From: Anolis carolinensis
Lineage: Eukaryota
NCBI RefSeq assembly: GCF_035594765.1
Contig: NC_085847.1
Span: 8,742,001 to 8,806,000, forward strand
DNA length: 64,000 bases
Direction: 5' to 3'
Part shown: positions 12,401-24,113 of the stretch, piece by piece
How the letters are laid out: every line of letters starts with the position of its first letter
How positions within the stretch are numbered: position 1 is the stretch's first letter
Notes under the pieces: model-generated
What the model saw: the letters and a program-made list of their open reading frames with translations, nothing else
Told to the model about the DNA's origin: nothing
Databases searched by the model: none
Program-made: the position numbers and the translations under genes

Positions 12401-15400
12401 GAGATTTCCTGCAGACCCAGAAAGGGAAGGTTTTGCTCCCCTGCCTAGCTCACACATTCTCTAACATTGCTCCCTTGTCAAAAGCGAGGAAGAGCTGCAG
12501 GGACTGAGCCCGCCAGGGTCCCCGAGGAGAGCGGCAGGCGAGGCCCACTCCCGCTGGGTCCCCCCAGGATGAGATCATTCCGCAGGCTGTCCTTGCGTGG
12601 AACAAATCGAAGCCTACCGAGAGCTCCGGCATCCACATGATCTCATATCCCTGGGGAGACCCAGTGAGGTCATGCCAGCGCTTACTCAAGGACCTGAGCT
12701 CCCTCCCTCCCAGTTTAATCTTTGGAGGGGGGGCTGTGGAACAATTCTGTAACAGCAACAATCTGAGATCCTAGTTGCAGGCAATTTAACAGATTAGCAG
12801 GGAGGTGCTGGACAGAAAAGCAACCTCATTGCACTGCAGGGGGAGTCATTTTGAAAGCAGGAAAGCAATGAAAGATCCAGAGACCTAGCTGAGGTCAGGC
12901 CTTCCCCCCTTCACTTCTTCCTGCTGCAAGCCCTGCTCAGCACTCATCCCAGCTACTAAGACTGACCATGCTTTCTTTATTATTTGATTTCTATTCTGCT
13001 TTTCTATCAGAACTGGAACTCAGGGAAGCTTGCTCTTCACAAGACCTTGGACTGCTCAGCCATGGAAACCCACCCTGATCGTGTCACTCTGTCTCGGCCT
13101 CAGATGAAGGCAAAGCCCTTCTGAGCAAATCTCGCCAAGAAAACCCTTAGGATTGCTGTACATCAGAAATGACAGGAAAGAACACAACTGAAAGCAATAT
13201 GCCTAACTAGCTCAGGGAGACTTTCATACAGGTAATTATAGGGCAACATTCAAAACCAAACTAACGTAAGGACAGCTGTGCATGGATTAGACCCAAATCC
13301 TTTCTTAGTCCAGGATTCACACAGTGGCCAATTGGCTGCAATGTGAAAACACCAGCATCTTCCACCAGAGTAACTGGTACATTTACTCCTTCTGGTACCG
13401 AAGGCAATATACAGCTATTAAGACCTGTAACAACTGAAAAAACTTTTCTTCCAAGTAAGAATGAACAAGCTACCTGTGATCATGTTATCCGGTCTAAAGT
13501 TTGCTGTCCATAAGAGAACATAAGCTCACAGTTCTTTCACACAGAGGTCCACACCTAGTTTCCTCCAACTTTCTGCATTTCAGCAGTCTAGTGTGTGTGT
13601 ATAGGTGAGAGGGGCCTACCAAAGAGCCACCTTTTGTCCAACCCTTGCATTAGATAAGTGGCTCCCAACCTGCAGATGGCTGCTGAGTGGATAACAATCA
13701 TGCCGAGGAGCCACGGAGAACCTTGCTCTTCTGTGAATTTGTCACATCACCTTTCAAAACATTTAAGGAGCCCTGGACAAGACAACATTCAAACTTCTCT
13801 TCGCTTATGATCGTTGTCCAGTGGTGGCATACAAGACCCTTGACCACTGGCCTGAGCATCTCCTCCCCTCCCACCCCTCAGAACCGCTGTTTTCCTTCAC
13901 CCAAAAAGCCCAAAGGTTGCTGGAGCAGCAGTGCCGGAGCCCTGCTGAACAGCTGCGCTCCTCCTGCCCTCAGGAGAGCCTTGGCTACACCTCTGGTGTG
14001 TTGACTGTCCTCCATTAAAAACAAACAACAAGCACTTACCATTTGGCTCAATAGAAAAATGAATTAAAGTAAATTAAAACGGCCTGAGCCATGTGGCTCC
14101 TGGAGGCGTCCATTGTTATGCCCGTGGCAAATGGCAGATTCTCATTTACTCAGCTAAGGAGAGACAGCTTGAGGGGTGTGGAGCATTAGAAAAAGTGGAG
14201 GGAGGGCAAGAGAAAGAAGCAGGAATGCTCTGGGTGGAAATGGAGGAACTACCAGATGCCTGGTTTCCTCTTCTTCCCCCCATGGATTCCTCTTTCGAAT
14301 CTTCACTCAACTCACAAGAAAATGTCACAGCCATCAACTCTGCTATAAAAAATCTCCCCTGGAAGATAGCTTAATGTGGGAAATGGGACTGCCAGTTGAA
14401 AAATAGGACAAGGCTCATGTGTTTTGTCACACAGAGGAGGGCATTTCAGCCAAAAGGACTTGTATGAGAAACAATACCTGTTCAAATTCTACATAAACAC
14501 AAGCTGTGTATGGTTTTTCCCCTAGCAGAAAGCAAGATATAGCCACAAACAGATTGCTTTGTGGGTTTCATGGGGCATGAACACACATGATGGGACACCA
14601 CAGCTTCCACAAACCCTTCCTTTATATGCTTGCCTTCACCCTTAGAGTTGGAGAATTCATCCCACTTCAGACAGCCCAGTTTTATTTTTTCAACGTAACA
14701 AAATCATATTGAAATTGTATGTAATGTAGAATATATTAGTAGAGAAAATGATTTTAAATCACAATCCAGAATTTACTGCATGGATCCTCTACAACAGTGT
14801 TGTTTGCAAGTTGGCAATAATTTGAAAAAATAATGAAAAGGACGGAGACTCAAGCTGATGAGTGTTGCAATCAAGATGGAGCGGTTCAGAATGGGGCATC
14901 TGCACAGAGAACCATTAGAAGGCCCCTGACAGATGCAATCTTCCCAGCCTCCTTGTCTGGTGGAAAATACAGGCCCAGTCCCTTTCTTCTCTTGGACAAG
15001 GATTAATGAGAACCTGGGAGAGCTCTTAGACAAGCAAGCAAAGGCTGTGAACCTCTTCCAGCGCCGCAATTTGTCTTGAGCTGACTATACATCGCTCACG
15101 TGTCAGGTGGTTGGGTTTTTTCTCCCTGAAGCTGGATTATGCTGTGACCCGGCCCATTAATCTCCTCAAATAAAATAATAATAATCATTATCATCAGAGG
15201 GGCGAAGATTCCTTGGACCACTGCCAGGGATAAATTAATAGGCCTTCTGAGCACCCCGTGCGCAGGAACAAACCTTTCCAACCAAACCAACCCACAAAAA
15301 CACCATTTAGAATCGCTTCTGTTCCTGGCTTGAAATTTTGGCCCGGGTTGAATAATAATAGTGTACATTTAATACAGAGGGGGTCCTCCATCAGTCTTCA

Positions 15401-18326
15401 TCACAAAAGCATTTCGGTGCAAATGAAAAGCAGAAAAATATGGGGAGCAAAGGAACAACAGAACACAAGGACTTTGCCCCAATTGTCATCCTTGTTCTCA
15501 TATTTCTTCTTAATTCTCCAAATTTAACTGGCAAATGGGGACCTTTGTAGCTGTTACAGGGACATTTACACATCACTATAAGCTTTAGCCACACATTGTC
15601 TCACTGCTGACCAAAGAAACCAGAGTTTTAACCATTTCTGGTTGTTTTTTTCCCATATCCTTTCTGTCGCCTCTTACTTATGGGTGAGCAAACAAGCCAT
15701 AGTTGCGGGTTCAAGTGTTACTAGAGGCCATGGTTTAAACAGACCAAAGTTTTTAAGCAAATCAAAAACAGTGAATTCAGATGGTAATTTGTGGCATGTC
15801 AACAAATCATGCATTTCTAGTAGAAGTGGGTCCATGCATTACAACAAACCAAATTTCAACACATATGGACTCTGGGAGGTGCAGGATGCAAAATGATGAA
15901 TCAGGAGGGGAAAACCACTCCATCCAACTAAATAAACTGAAGTGCCTGGAAGCTGCACTCAACCAAATGACAGATGTGCTAACTTAGCTTCTAAACCAAT
16001 TCTGGATCATCTTGTAGCTACTTAAGATTAGGAAGCCAGTAGCAACCCTACACTGTTGCCTTTCTCTCCAGTTTTATCCTCTGAACAACCCTGTGAAGTA
16101 GGTTAGGCTGAAAGTGACTGGCCGAAGTTCAGCCAGTGAGTTTCATAGATCAATGAGAACAAGAACCCACAACTTGAGTTACAGCGTGATTCATTACACC
16201 ACGAGAACATCTGTTCTCCCCCTCCCATACATAAGACAAAAAGAACACTTTCTAAAAGATCCACTCATAAAGAAGGAAATTTAATTACCACCAGAGTGAG
16301 AGGTGAACTTCTTTACCTTTGATTTAACGGCCAGAACGATTTTGGGCAAGGCGACAATGAGGCATTTCAAAGCGATGGTAAGATATTTGAGTACGAAGTC
16401 AGAGATCCCCACAATCCACATCAGATCAAAGAAATCCAGCTTCTCCAGGTTAGGTTTCAGGAATATGAGGCTGAAGAATACAAGATAGTATGGTGCGAGC
16501 ATTGTTAATTGAATTATGCCTCTTGCAACTCTCCCAGTAAAAAAAAATGAACCAAGGACTGCAACAAGAACAACCTAAAGGTTCTCAACAGTCCTTCTAA
16601 AAAATGTAGCAAATTCGAGTTCAACTCAAGGATCTATGTATGCATAGTTGATAAACAGCACTGACAAATGTCCAAAAGCACAAAGAATCAATAGTTGTTC
16701 ATTATGACACCTAGGAACAAGGCACCCGAGGTCAGAGCAGATGATCACCAATAATCCAGACAGTGGGGAAACTTCAGAAATGAAATGAATTAATTACTTT
16801 TCCCCCATTAAAAATCAGACACTTAATAACTGTGTCAGGTATGGAGTTTTGAAACTCATTTGCTGTGAATGTTAACATGACTTCACCGACAACTGACTTT
16901 GTTAATTAGGCACAAGCCACAATCCAAGTTCGTGGTTTGGTGTTATGAACATTTGCTTGCTTTGAGCCACAAGGGAAACAAATAAAAAATGAGGAAGACA
17001 AACCATGGCTGCAAACCATAAAGTCCATGGTTGAAACAACAAACCATGGTTAACGTAAACCATGGCTTGTCATGATGATGAGCATGACAGACAGCGACAC
17101 TGGAGTATCCTAGCAAATGATTATCATGAAAGATCCAAGCCTCAGCAAGGATTAGGTTCACATACTCTCCTTTTCCTATTTTGTCATTTTCAGATGTAAG
17201 GAAGGAACTTTTAGGAGCTGCACCCAAAAGCACTATTGCATAACCCTGAAACTTTAAAGTATAATACGAGGCCATTATAGAATGTTTGCCCATGCTTATG
17301 TTAGTGTTCAATGGGGAACTGAGCTGAAACAAGGAAGAAGTGGGGAATTGAAATAAAAATACTCACAATATGGGCACAGCACAACGGATAAAATGAAATC
17401 CTAAAAACAAAAAACAAAGGCAGAAAAGCAAAAATGAGAGACTTGACACTAAACCGATGAAAACGAAAAGAAGAACAACCAAACCCACAAACAAGTCAGC
17501 CAGGGAACGGAAGCAAAACAACATAACTCCTAAGTGAATGTGGCACATTCCTGATAAACGATGGAAATGAAGATGTGGTGAATCCAACCCAACAGTGGCT
17601 AATGGTGTTCCAACAGACTCTTTGACCACATTATGACTTTTCTACAGAAGAAGGACCTACCTAACCTGCCACCGCCACAAGATTTCAACCTTCTTTCATT
17701 TGAGAAAGGAGACACTCTCCATTTTTCTGACTGGAACTGCTTTTTCCATCCCCACCCCATTCCCAGCACACAAAGTTTATTCACCTGTTATACAATTGTT
17801 GGGAGCTGAACGTATAGAGCAAATATAGAGTGTTCCCGGCAAGGAAGGCCAGGATCCAGAAAACCATCAGCACTGACCTCTTTTCCTGAGGAAGGAAAGA
17901 AAACGTGAGTCCTGGGACTTTTAAGCTTTGTAGTTGCTTTGCATTTTAAACCAAGGAAGAAAAAAAAATCTAATCTGCTGACCCTCTTTACTCCTGCCTT
18001 TACTTGCCTTCCATGTGTCATACTGGAGACTCTAAGTACTGCAAGGCAGAAACCTATTCTCTTCCATTGGTACAAAGAAAATAAATAAATCTAAATTTTG
18101 AATAAACTTTGCTAAATATTAGAAGTGCTACTCAGGCAATCCCGACATGGCTGGATTTCCAAATGCTTGGAGGACCTCCCTATATTTTCTTTTATTGTGT
18201 TGTTAAATGTGCTATGTTTTGTTGTTCTATTATATTTTGTTATATTGTATTGTTCTGGGCATGGCCCCATGTAAGCCGCCCCTAGTCCCCATTGGGGAGA
18301 TGGTGGCGGGGTATAAATAAAGTTTA

Positions 18327-18358
<32 letters not shown>

Positions 18359-21300
18359 AAGTGTTAACTCCATCCTGGGAAAATAACTTATCCTAGCCTC
18401 TTGGCCTACATACAGTCTTTCCCAAGAGCCTTGAGATCACTCTGAACCATATCCATTTTCAGGCTACTCTTTAAGAGGCCCAGACCTTCACCCACCTTCA
18501 AGGAGACTTGCTCTCGGAGAGTTGAGTTGGCATATGCAAATGTGCTGGCCATGCCAATACACAGAGCAATTCCTAAAAAAAAAAAAAAAACAAGTGAGGA
18601 AAAACTTGTATGCCAAGCATATAACAATCAATAGTCACCTCACCTTGAACCAAGGCACCACAGCTTTCAGTTCTGAACATTTGCAAAACAGGGCCATTAG
18701 CAATCTACATCCTGTCATCCACCGTCTAACCTTCCTCAACCATACGTTGAATCACAACTTCCATCCCCTGGCTGGGGATGATGGGAATGTTGAACAACAC
18801 ATCTCCATGTTGAGAAAGGTTGATACAATCATTGTTGCTTAATAAGGAAAGCTTGTCAGGGGATCTCATGCTAAGGCAATGTGAAATGAACTGGAGTTAT
18901 CAATATGTCTGTGCACACATGATGCCTCATGTCCTAAGGAATGGGTTAGGCTCTATTTCTTCCTTCCATCCATCCATCCAATTCAAGCATGATGTTTTGA
19001 ATGGGTGACTAATAAACCAAAGCATAATAATTCAGTCAAGATGCAGAAGAACTTCAATGGGAGCACATGTGTCTTGTAATTGTATTGCATTTTCCCCAAA
19101 TAAATACATTTCATCAGCTTGGTTGAACCATTTAAAAAGAAATTGCCTCTTTTACTTTTTCTCTATGGTAATATCTCTTATTGTTTCATATAGCACCATT
19201 TTGTACTTGTTTTTAAGACACAAAAAAACAAAAAAATAGTATACCCTTTTTCCAGTTGGTTTCAAGTGTTTGTTGGGTAACAACCCTGCCTGCACAAAGT
19301 TAGAAACGCTGGATGTTTGTCTTCTAATTCCTCAAGACACCCCCCTATGTTCTTAAATTAAGTGCTTACCAAGCTTGTGCTGGAAACAGACTTTAGCCAA
19401 GAGAATCATGATGAACGGAAGCCCCTTCTGTAGCCAAGAGATGACAGCTTTCAGCTCAGATAGGGCAGGGGCGGGTGTCCCAGGCTGCTCCTCAAAGCCT
19501 TCCTCGCTATGGCCGTGGCGGTCGCTGCCAGCCATGTGCAGGAGGGAGGATCCTCGCTGGTGGCTGTGGTGGTAATGCTGGGGTTGCTGGCGGTGATGGT
19601 AAGGACCTCCTTCTGTACGGCTTACCCCTTCTTCCCGCGGCACAGGCATCTGAATGAACACTTCCCCGCCTCCTGCTGTAGACCCCAGGACCAAACTGGA
19701 CTGGAAAGGGGTGGCTGTGATTGTTCCGGATGGGATGCCCCCCAGTCCTGAGAAAAGCTGCTGGGGAGGAGGAGACGGCTCTGTCTTCAGGCCTTCAAAG
19801 ACTCCACCTTCATCCACACTTGTCTCAGAGGTGATGGTTTGACTCCGGCTTCTGCCATACACAAGGAGAAAGACATCAACAAAAGGTCTGGCTGCTCAGT
19901 AAGGGATCTTGGAGGCAGCTGCTGTATATCTTGCCCATTGTAGGAAGGCAAACACAGCTCCACTGCGATCCCATTCCTTCCCAGCTCAAGCACTGTTTAT
20001 TACAGACAGGTTGCTACAACCTGACATCAAAACTGTGTGTGTCTGTCTCCAGGCTTGTTCAGAAATCTGTGAATGCATTTGACTACAAATCTGGAAAGCA
20101 GGCTTCGACTCCCCACTCAGCCATGGAAACCCCATAGATGGGCTTGGACAAGTCATGCTTTCTCAGATTCAGATGAAGGCAAAGGCAAATTCCCTCTGAA
20201 CAAATCTGCCAATAAAATATCATGGTAGGTTTGCCGTAAGTTAGAAATAGCTTAAAAGGCACACCACAGCAACCACAGCCTAAAGCAGCTCCACATTCTC
20301 TCCTGACCTTTCCACCTGCCAATGAAATCATCCAAGTTTAGAGCTAGTGTGCATCAACTATTCCTTTACCTCAGTTCTCCTTGCCAGATATCCCCCAAAC
20401 TAAGCAAAGTATCACCAGACATCTCTCCCCATTCTACAGACCAAATACAGATTTTTACAACTATTCCCAAAGGCCAGGCTGACACAAATATCAAACAGGG
20501 AATAGAAGCCACACAATACTTTACAGTGGGGCCCTACAGTCCCAGATGAATGGGACACATACTTCTAATAGAGTCTCTGGGGGTTTAGGACTAAAGCCAC
20601 AGAGACCTTTCAGCACTGTGAACATCTGAAACACGTACAAGGCCTCCAAGGTACCTGGTAGAGACTAAGCTCACAATCCTATCCTATGGGGCTGCCTCTA
20701 GAGTGAAGGGTAACACTTCCAAGAGAGGCAACAAAAATGGGTAATTGTTTTTAAAATAAGAACAGATGCATGGCTCTAAAGAAGAAAGTCTTAATTTGTA
20801 CCTACAGACTGTGTATCTTTCTAAACAGAGATGTTTATATTTGTCTAATGAAACCCCTTATTATTTTTTTAAACAGGCCTAATGCAAAACAATGCAGGAA
20901 AGTGACGAAGAAATCAAAGCACACAAGAAATACTGGCTCATCCAAGACTAAGCCTGTCTCCTCATAATTCAATAAAAAGGGCTTCTTAACATCTGACAAA
21001 CATCTATTGACTCCAGCATTCTACATCAATCCCTCCACATTTGCAGTTTTGACTATTGTGGATTTCATTACAAATGCAATCTCTAGGTCCTCCAGTGTGA
21101 CTCAGTGGTCAACATTCTCCAGTCATGCTGGAGGACCTAGAGATTCCTAGAAAAAAGATATCTCTAGGTCCTCCAATGCAAGTCTGTTTAGCTTCTATTT
21201 ATTTATTTTGGGAATTTCTATCCTGCCTTTCTCCAGTTGGACTCAAAGGCGGCTCACAACATTGTTATAAACAAGTAGCATAACATAAACTATTCGTTAA

Positions 21301-21731
21301 AACAAACCATAGAAGTAGTAAAAAGCCATTAAGAGTAGTAATAGCTTCTAACAGATGATAACCACTGGGTAGCACTGGAATACCTAGAAATTCTGGGAGA
21401 GGTGTTTTCTCAGGTAAAACAGGGCATTGTGCACAAGACCTACCCATGTCCCACCACACAGCATCCAAAAACTACCACAAGATTATAATCGGTGAGGCAG
21501 AAAATCCCACAACCATTTTACCAAGATCCTGGCTCTAATTGCAATAAGAACAATGTAAGTAACAGTTTGCTACCCTTTTGAAATGCCCAGAAACAGTTGC
21601 CCAAGGCAGCCACTGGTAACATCAGCCTTGACCAGAGAGGTTCTTGGCTGTAAGTTGACATTCCATTAAAGAAATCTAACTCACCTTTCAGGAGGAAGGC
21701 TATCCGTGATACTGCTGTGCCTTCTCTGCAT
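8751..21731 (-). CDS. RNFT2: RING finger and transmembrane domain protein 2, whole CDS: join(21685-21731,19370-19851,18496-18572,17785-17885,16317-16470,11090-11239,10578-10643,9920-10021,8751-8885), ~437 aa
   Basis: Spliced translation MQRRHSS...ELKAVISWLQKGLPF...CAICQAEFREPLILLCQHVFCEECLCLWFDREKTCPLCR...SAHFQVY* matches RNFT2 (C3HC4 RING at the C-terminus). All introns are GT-AG with consistent phases. An alternative in-frame ATG lies at 21767. Confidence 0.95.
9345..9400. repeat. (AAT)n microsatellite; others at ~18330, 24069, 35370, 37491, 39482, 39730
   Basis: Read directly from the sequence. Confidence 0.95.
9920..10021 (-). CDS. RNFT2: RNFT2 coding exon (RING N-half)
   Basis: SYGVRATNQQCSEAGDICAICQAEFREPLILLCQ, 102 bp, AG/GT flanks. 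Confidence 0.95.
10578..10643 (-). CDS. RNFT2: RNFT2 coding exon
   Basis: SFDICGRVGSVRKALKFFCTPQ, 66 bp. Confidence 0.93.
11090..11239 (-). CDS. RNFT2: RNFT2 coding exon
   Basis: GKFYLVIEELSQLFRSLVPIQLWYKYIMGDDPSGSYFLGGILLIMYSLCK, 150 bp. Confidence 0.95.
16317..16470 (-). CDS. RNFT2: RNFT2 coding exon
   Basis: LIFLKPNLEKLDFFDLMWIVGISDFVLKYLTIALKCLIVALPKIVLAVKSK, 154 bp. Confidence 0.95.
17785..17885 (-). CDS. RNFT2: RNFT2 coding exon
   Basis: EKRSVLMVFWILAFLAGNTLYLLYTFSSQQLYNS, 101 bp. Confidence 0.95.
18496..18572 (-). CDS. RNFT2: RNFT2 coding exon
   Basis: GIALCIGMASTFAYANSTLREQVSLK, 77 bp. Confidence 0.95.
19370..19851 (-). CDS. RNFT2: RNFT2 large coding exon (His/Gly-rich N-terminal region)
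   Basis: SRSQTITSETSVDEGGVFEGLK...HHRQQPQHYHHSH...LLAKVCFQHKL, 482 bp. Confidence 0.95.
21685..21731 (-). CDS. RNFT2: RNFT2 first coding exon (start uncertain: ATG 21731 or 21767)
   Basis: (VLRK)MQRRHSSITDSLPPER followed by a GTGAG donor. Confidence 0.8.
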
Positions 21732-22417
21732 CTTCCTTAACACTTTAAAGCACAATACGCTCAGCATGAAAGTGGCAGATCAGTAGGGACCAGCGGCGAA
21801 AATAGTTGCACAGGGTAGCTAGAGTCTCTCCTCAGGTTCCCATTCACTCAGTGACATACTGCATGGAATTCTACTTGAAAAGAGCAGGCCACAACTCAAC
21901 AGGTGGAAAGCAGATTTCCAAAGCTCCACAGCAAACAGGTTAACAGTATCCAGTACAGAATGGTTTCCAGAAGGAACAGGAAACAATTGAATCTTCCTCT
22001 CATTCAGTACCAACATTCAACAGGTGAGTTTCAAAAGCCACGATTAGGAAGGAAGATCGATCAACGGGTCAAGCAAAAGAGAAACAAATGGCTACAGAGG
22101 GAGGATCAGTCGCATCTCCTTCAGATGTTCCACTCCTGTGACCCAAAGAAAGGAGATAAAGTCAGAAAACAAACCAGGAAAGGAAACATTTCTCAACAGG
22201 CAACACATTGCTCACTCAATTTTTCCTTGCCAATATGTGGTGGGACATAATACACCAGAAATGAATAAAATGATGCATGGGGGTAGAGTTTTCTAGATTC
22301 CCTGTACTCCTTATGAGACTCTACCGTATATATCTTCTGAACAGGGGCACAGGCAGCAAAGGAAACATCACAGGGGTGTTCACCCTTCCTTATGCTATCC
22401 GAAGCTGATTATATATA

Positions 22418-22745
22418 CAGTAGAGTCTCACTTATCCAAGCCTCGCTTATCCAAGTTTCTGGATTATCCAAGCCATTTTTGTAGTCAATGTTTTCAATAT
22501 ATCGTGATATTTTGGTGCTAAATTCGTAAATACAGTAATTACAGCATAACATTACTGGGTATTGAACTACTTTTTCGGTCAAATTTGTTGTATAACGTGA
22601 TGTTTTGGTGCTTAATTTGTAAAATCATAACCGAATCTGATGTTTTAATAAGGAGGCTTTTCTTTAATCCCTCCTTATTTTCCAAGATATTTGCTTATCC
22701 AAGTTTCTGCTGGCCCGTTTAGCTTGGATAAGTGAGACTCTACTG
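22418..22745. mobile_element. Tc1/mariner-type MITE (~325 bp), copy 1
   Basis: TIRs CAGTAGAGTCTCACTTATCCAAG / CTTGGATAAGTGAGACTCTACTG, flanked by TA. Confidence 0.9.
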
Positions 22746-22769
22746 TATATGTGTGTACATATATATATA

Positions 22770-23093
22770 CAGTAGAGTCTCACTTATCCAAGACTTGCTT
22801 ATCCAAGCTTCTGGATTATCCAAGCCATTTTTGTAGTCCAGGTTTTCAATATATCATGATATTTTGGTGCTAAATTCATAAATACAGTAATTACAACATA
22901 ACATTACTGCATATTGAACTACTTTTTTCTATCAAATGCGTTGTATAACATGATGTTTTGGTGCTTAATTTGTAAAATCATAACCTAATTTGATGTTTAA
23001 TAGGCTTTTCCTTAATCCCTCCTTATTATCCAAGATATTCGCTTATCCAAGCTTCTGCTGGCCTGTTTAACTTGGATAAGTGAGACTCTACTG
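22770..23093. mobile_element. Tc1/mariner-type MITE, copy 2 (tandem with copy 1)
   Basis: Same TIRs, TA flanks, same orientation as copy 1. Confidence 0.9.
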
Positions 23094-23469
23094 TATGTAT
23101 ATATATATATATATATGAAGCTGATATAATATAAATTATATTATATTATATCAGCTTTGGATAGCATAGGGAAGGGTGCACACCCCTGTGATGTTTCCTT
23201 TGCTGCCTGTGCCCCTGTTCAGAAGATTTTCCCTCACTTTCTGTTCCTGTGAGAATTGGATTTTGAAAAAGGGTGGCTTGTTGTGGAAACAAGGCTTGGT
23301 GCTAGAGCTTCAGCAGGGGCCCCATTTCCCTCGGCGAATAACCCTTCCAGGAGGCCCCTCAGCCCAGAGGCCTTCTTTCCAAGGGAGCCTGAGGAGAACA
23401 GACCGGAGGGAAGGGCCCGGGCTGAGGCCTCTTGGCCAGCACTAGGCCTCAAAGGCGGCCGGGGGGAAA

Positions 23470-23501
23470 GGAAGGAAGGAAGGAAGGAAGGAAGGAAGGA
23501 A
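23470..23501. repeat. (GAAG)n microsatellite next to RNFT2 exon 1
   Basis: Read directly from the sequence. Confidence 0.9.
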
Positions 23502-23543
23502 TGGCTTTTCTCCTCAGCTTCCCTCAAGCAACGCAAGGTTTAC

Positions 23544-23771
23544 CTGTCTCCCGGCTGGACAGCTCCTCGAGCCCTTTCCCCTCCCGGCCTCTTGCGTCAC
23601 TTCCGGCTCCACCCTCCTTCCGGAACCGGACGCCCCGGTCAGCCTTGTGCCTGGGCCGGGGAGAAGGTGGGCCGGAAGTCAGCCCCCCGCCCCGCCTTGG
23701 CCTCGGCTTGCGTGCGGCCTCGTGAGCCTCCGTGCCGGCCTCCCCCGCCTCGCCTCGCCTCGCCTCCCCTC
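23544..23771. promoter_or_regulatory. Bidirectional CpG-island promoter of RNFT2 (-) and SPRING1 (+)
   Basis: GC/CpG-rich. ETS-CRE composite CCGGAAGTGACGCA (minus, 23593-23606), second ETS site GCCGGAAGT (23671-23679), GC boxes ~23684-23696. A minus-strand donor CAG|GTAAAC at 23544/23543 marks a non-coding RNFT2 exon 1. Confidence 0.8.
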
Positions 23772-23882
23772 ATGGTGCAGCTGCTGGGCCTGGTGTGGCG
23801 GAGGCTGCTGCGCAAGCGCTGGGTGCTGGGCGTCGTCTTCGGCCTCTCGCTCGTCTACTTCCTCAGCAGCACCTTCAAGCAG
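23772..23882 (+). CDS. SPRING1: SPRING1 exon 1
   Basis: 37 codons, TM segment, donor GTCAG. Confidence 0.93.
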
Positions 23883-24067
23883 GTCAGCTGACCCCCCCCC
23901 CCCCCCCCGCCCTGACCACTTCAGGCAGGGAGCTTCTTGGCAGAATGGGGTTGGACTGGATGGCCCATGAGGTCTCTTCCGATTCTATGATTCTATGCTC
24001 GCTTCGAACTGAAACACTCGGGCAGATGGAGATGGGTTTCATCAGGACCCAGGGTAACCTTCCTACC

Positions 24068-24113
<46 letters not shown>

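Noticed and set aside
23256-23771. 211-aa ORF extending SPRING1 upstream
   Set aside because: It starts at a non-ATG codon and runs through a repeat, a (GAAG)n tract and the GC-rich promoter. The first in-frame ATG is 23772, which gives the expected 205 aa.
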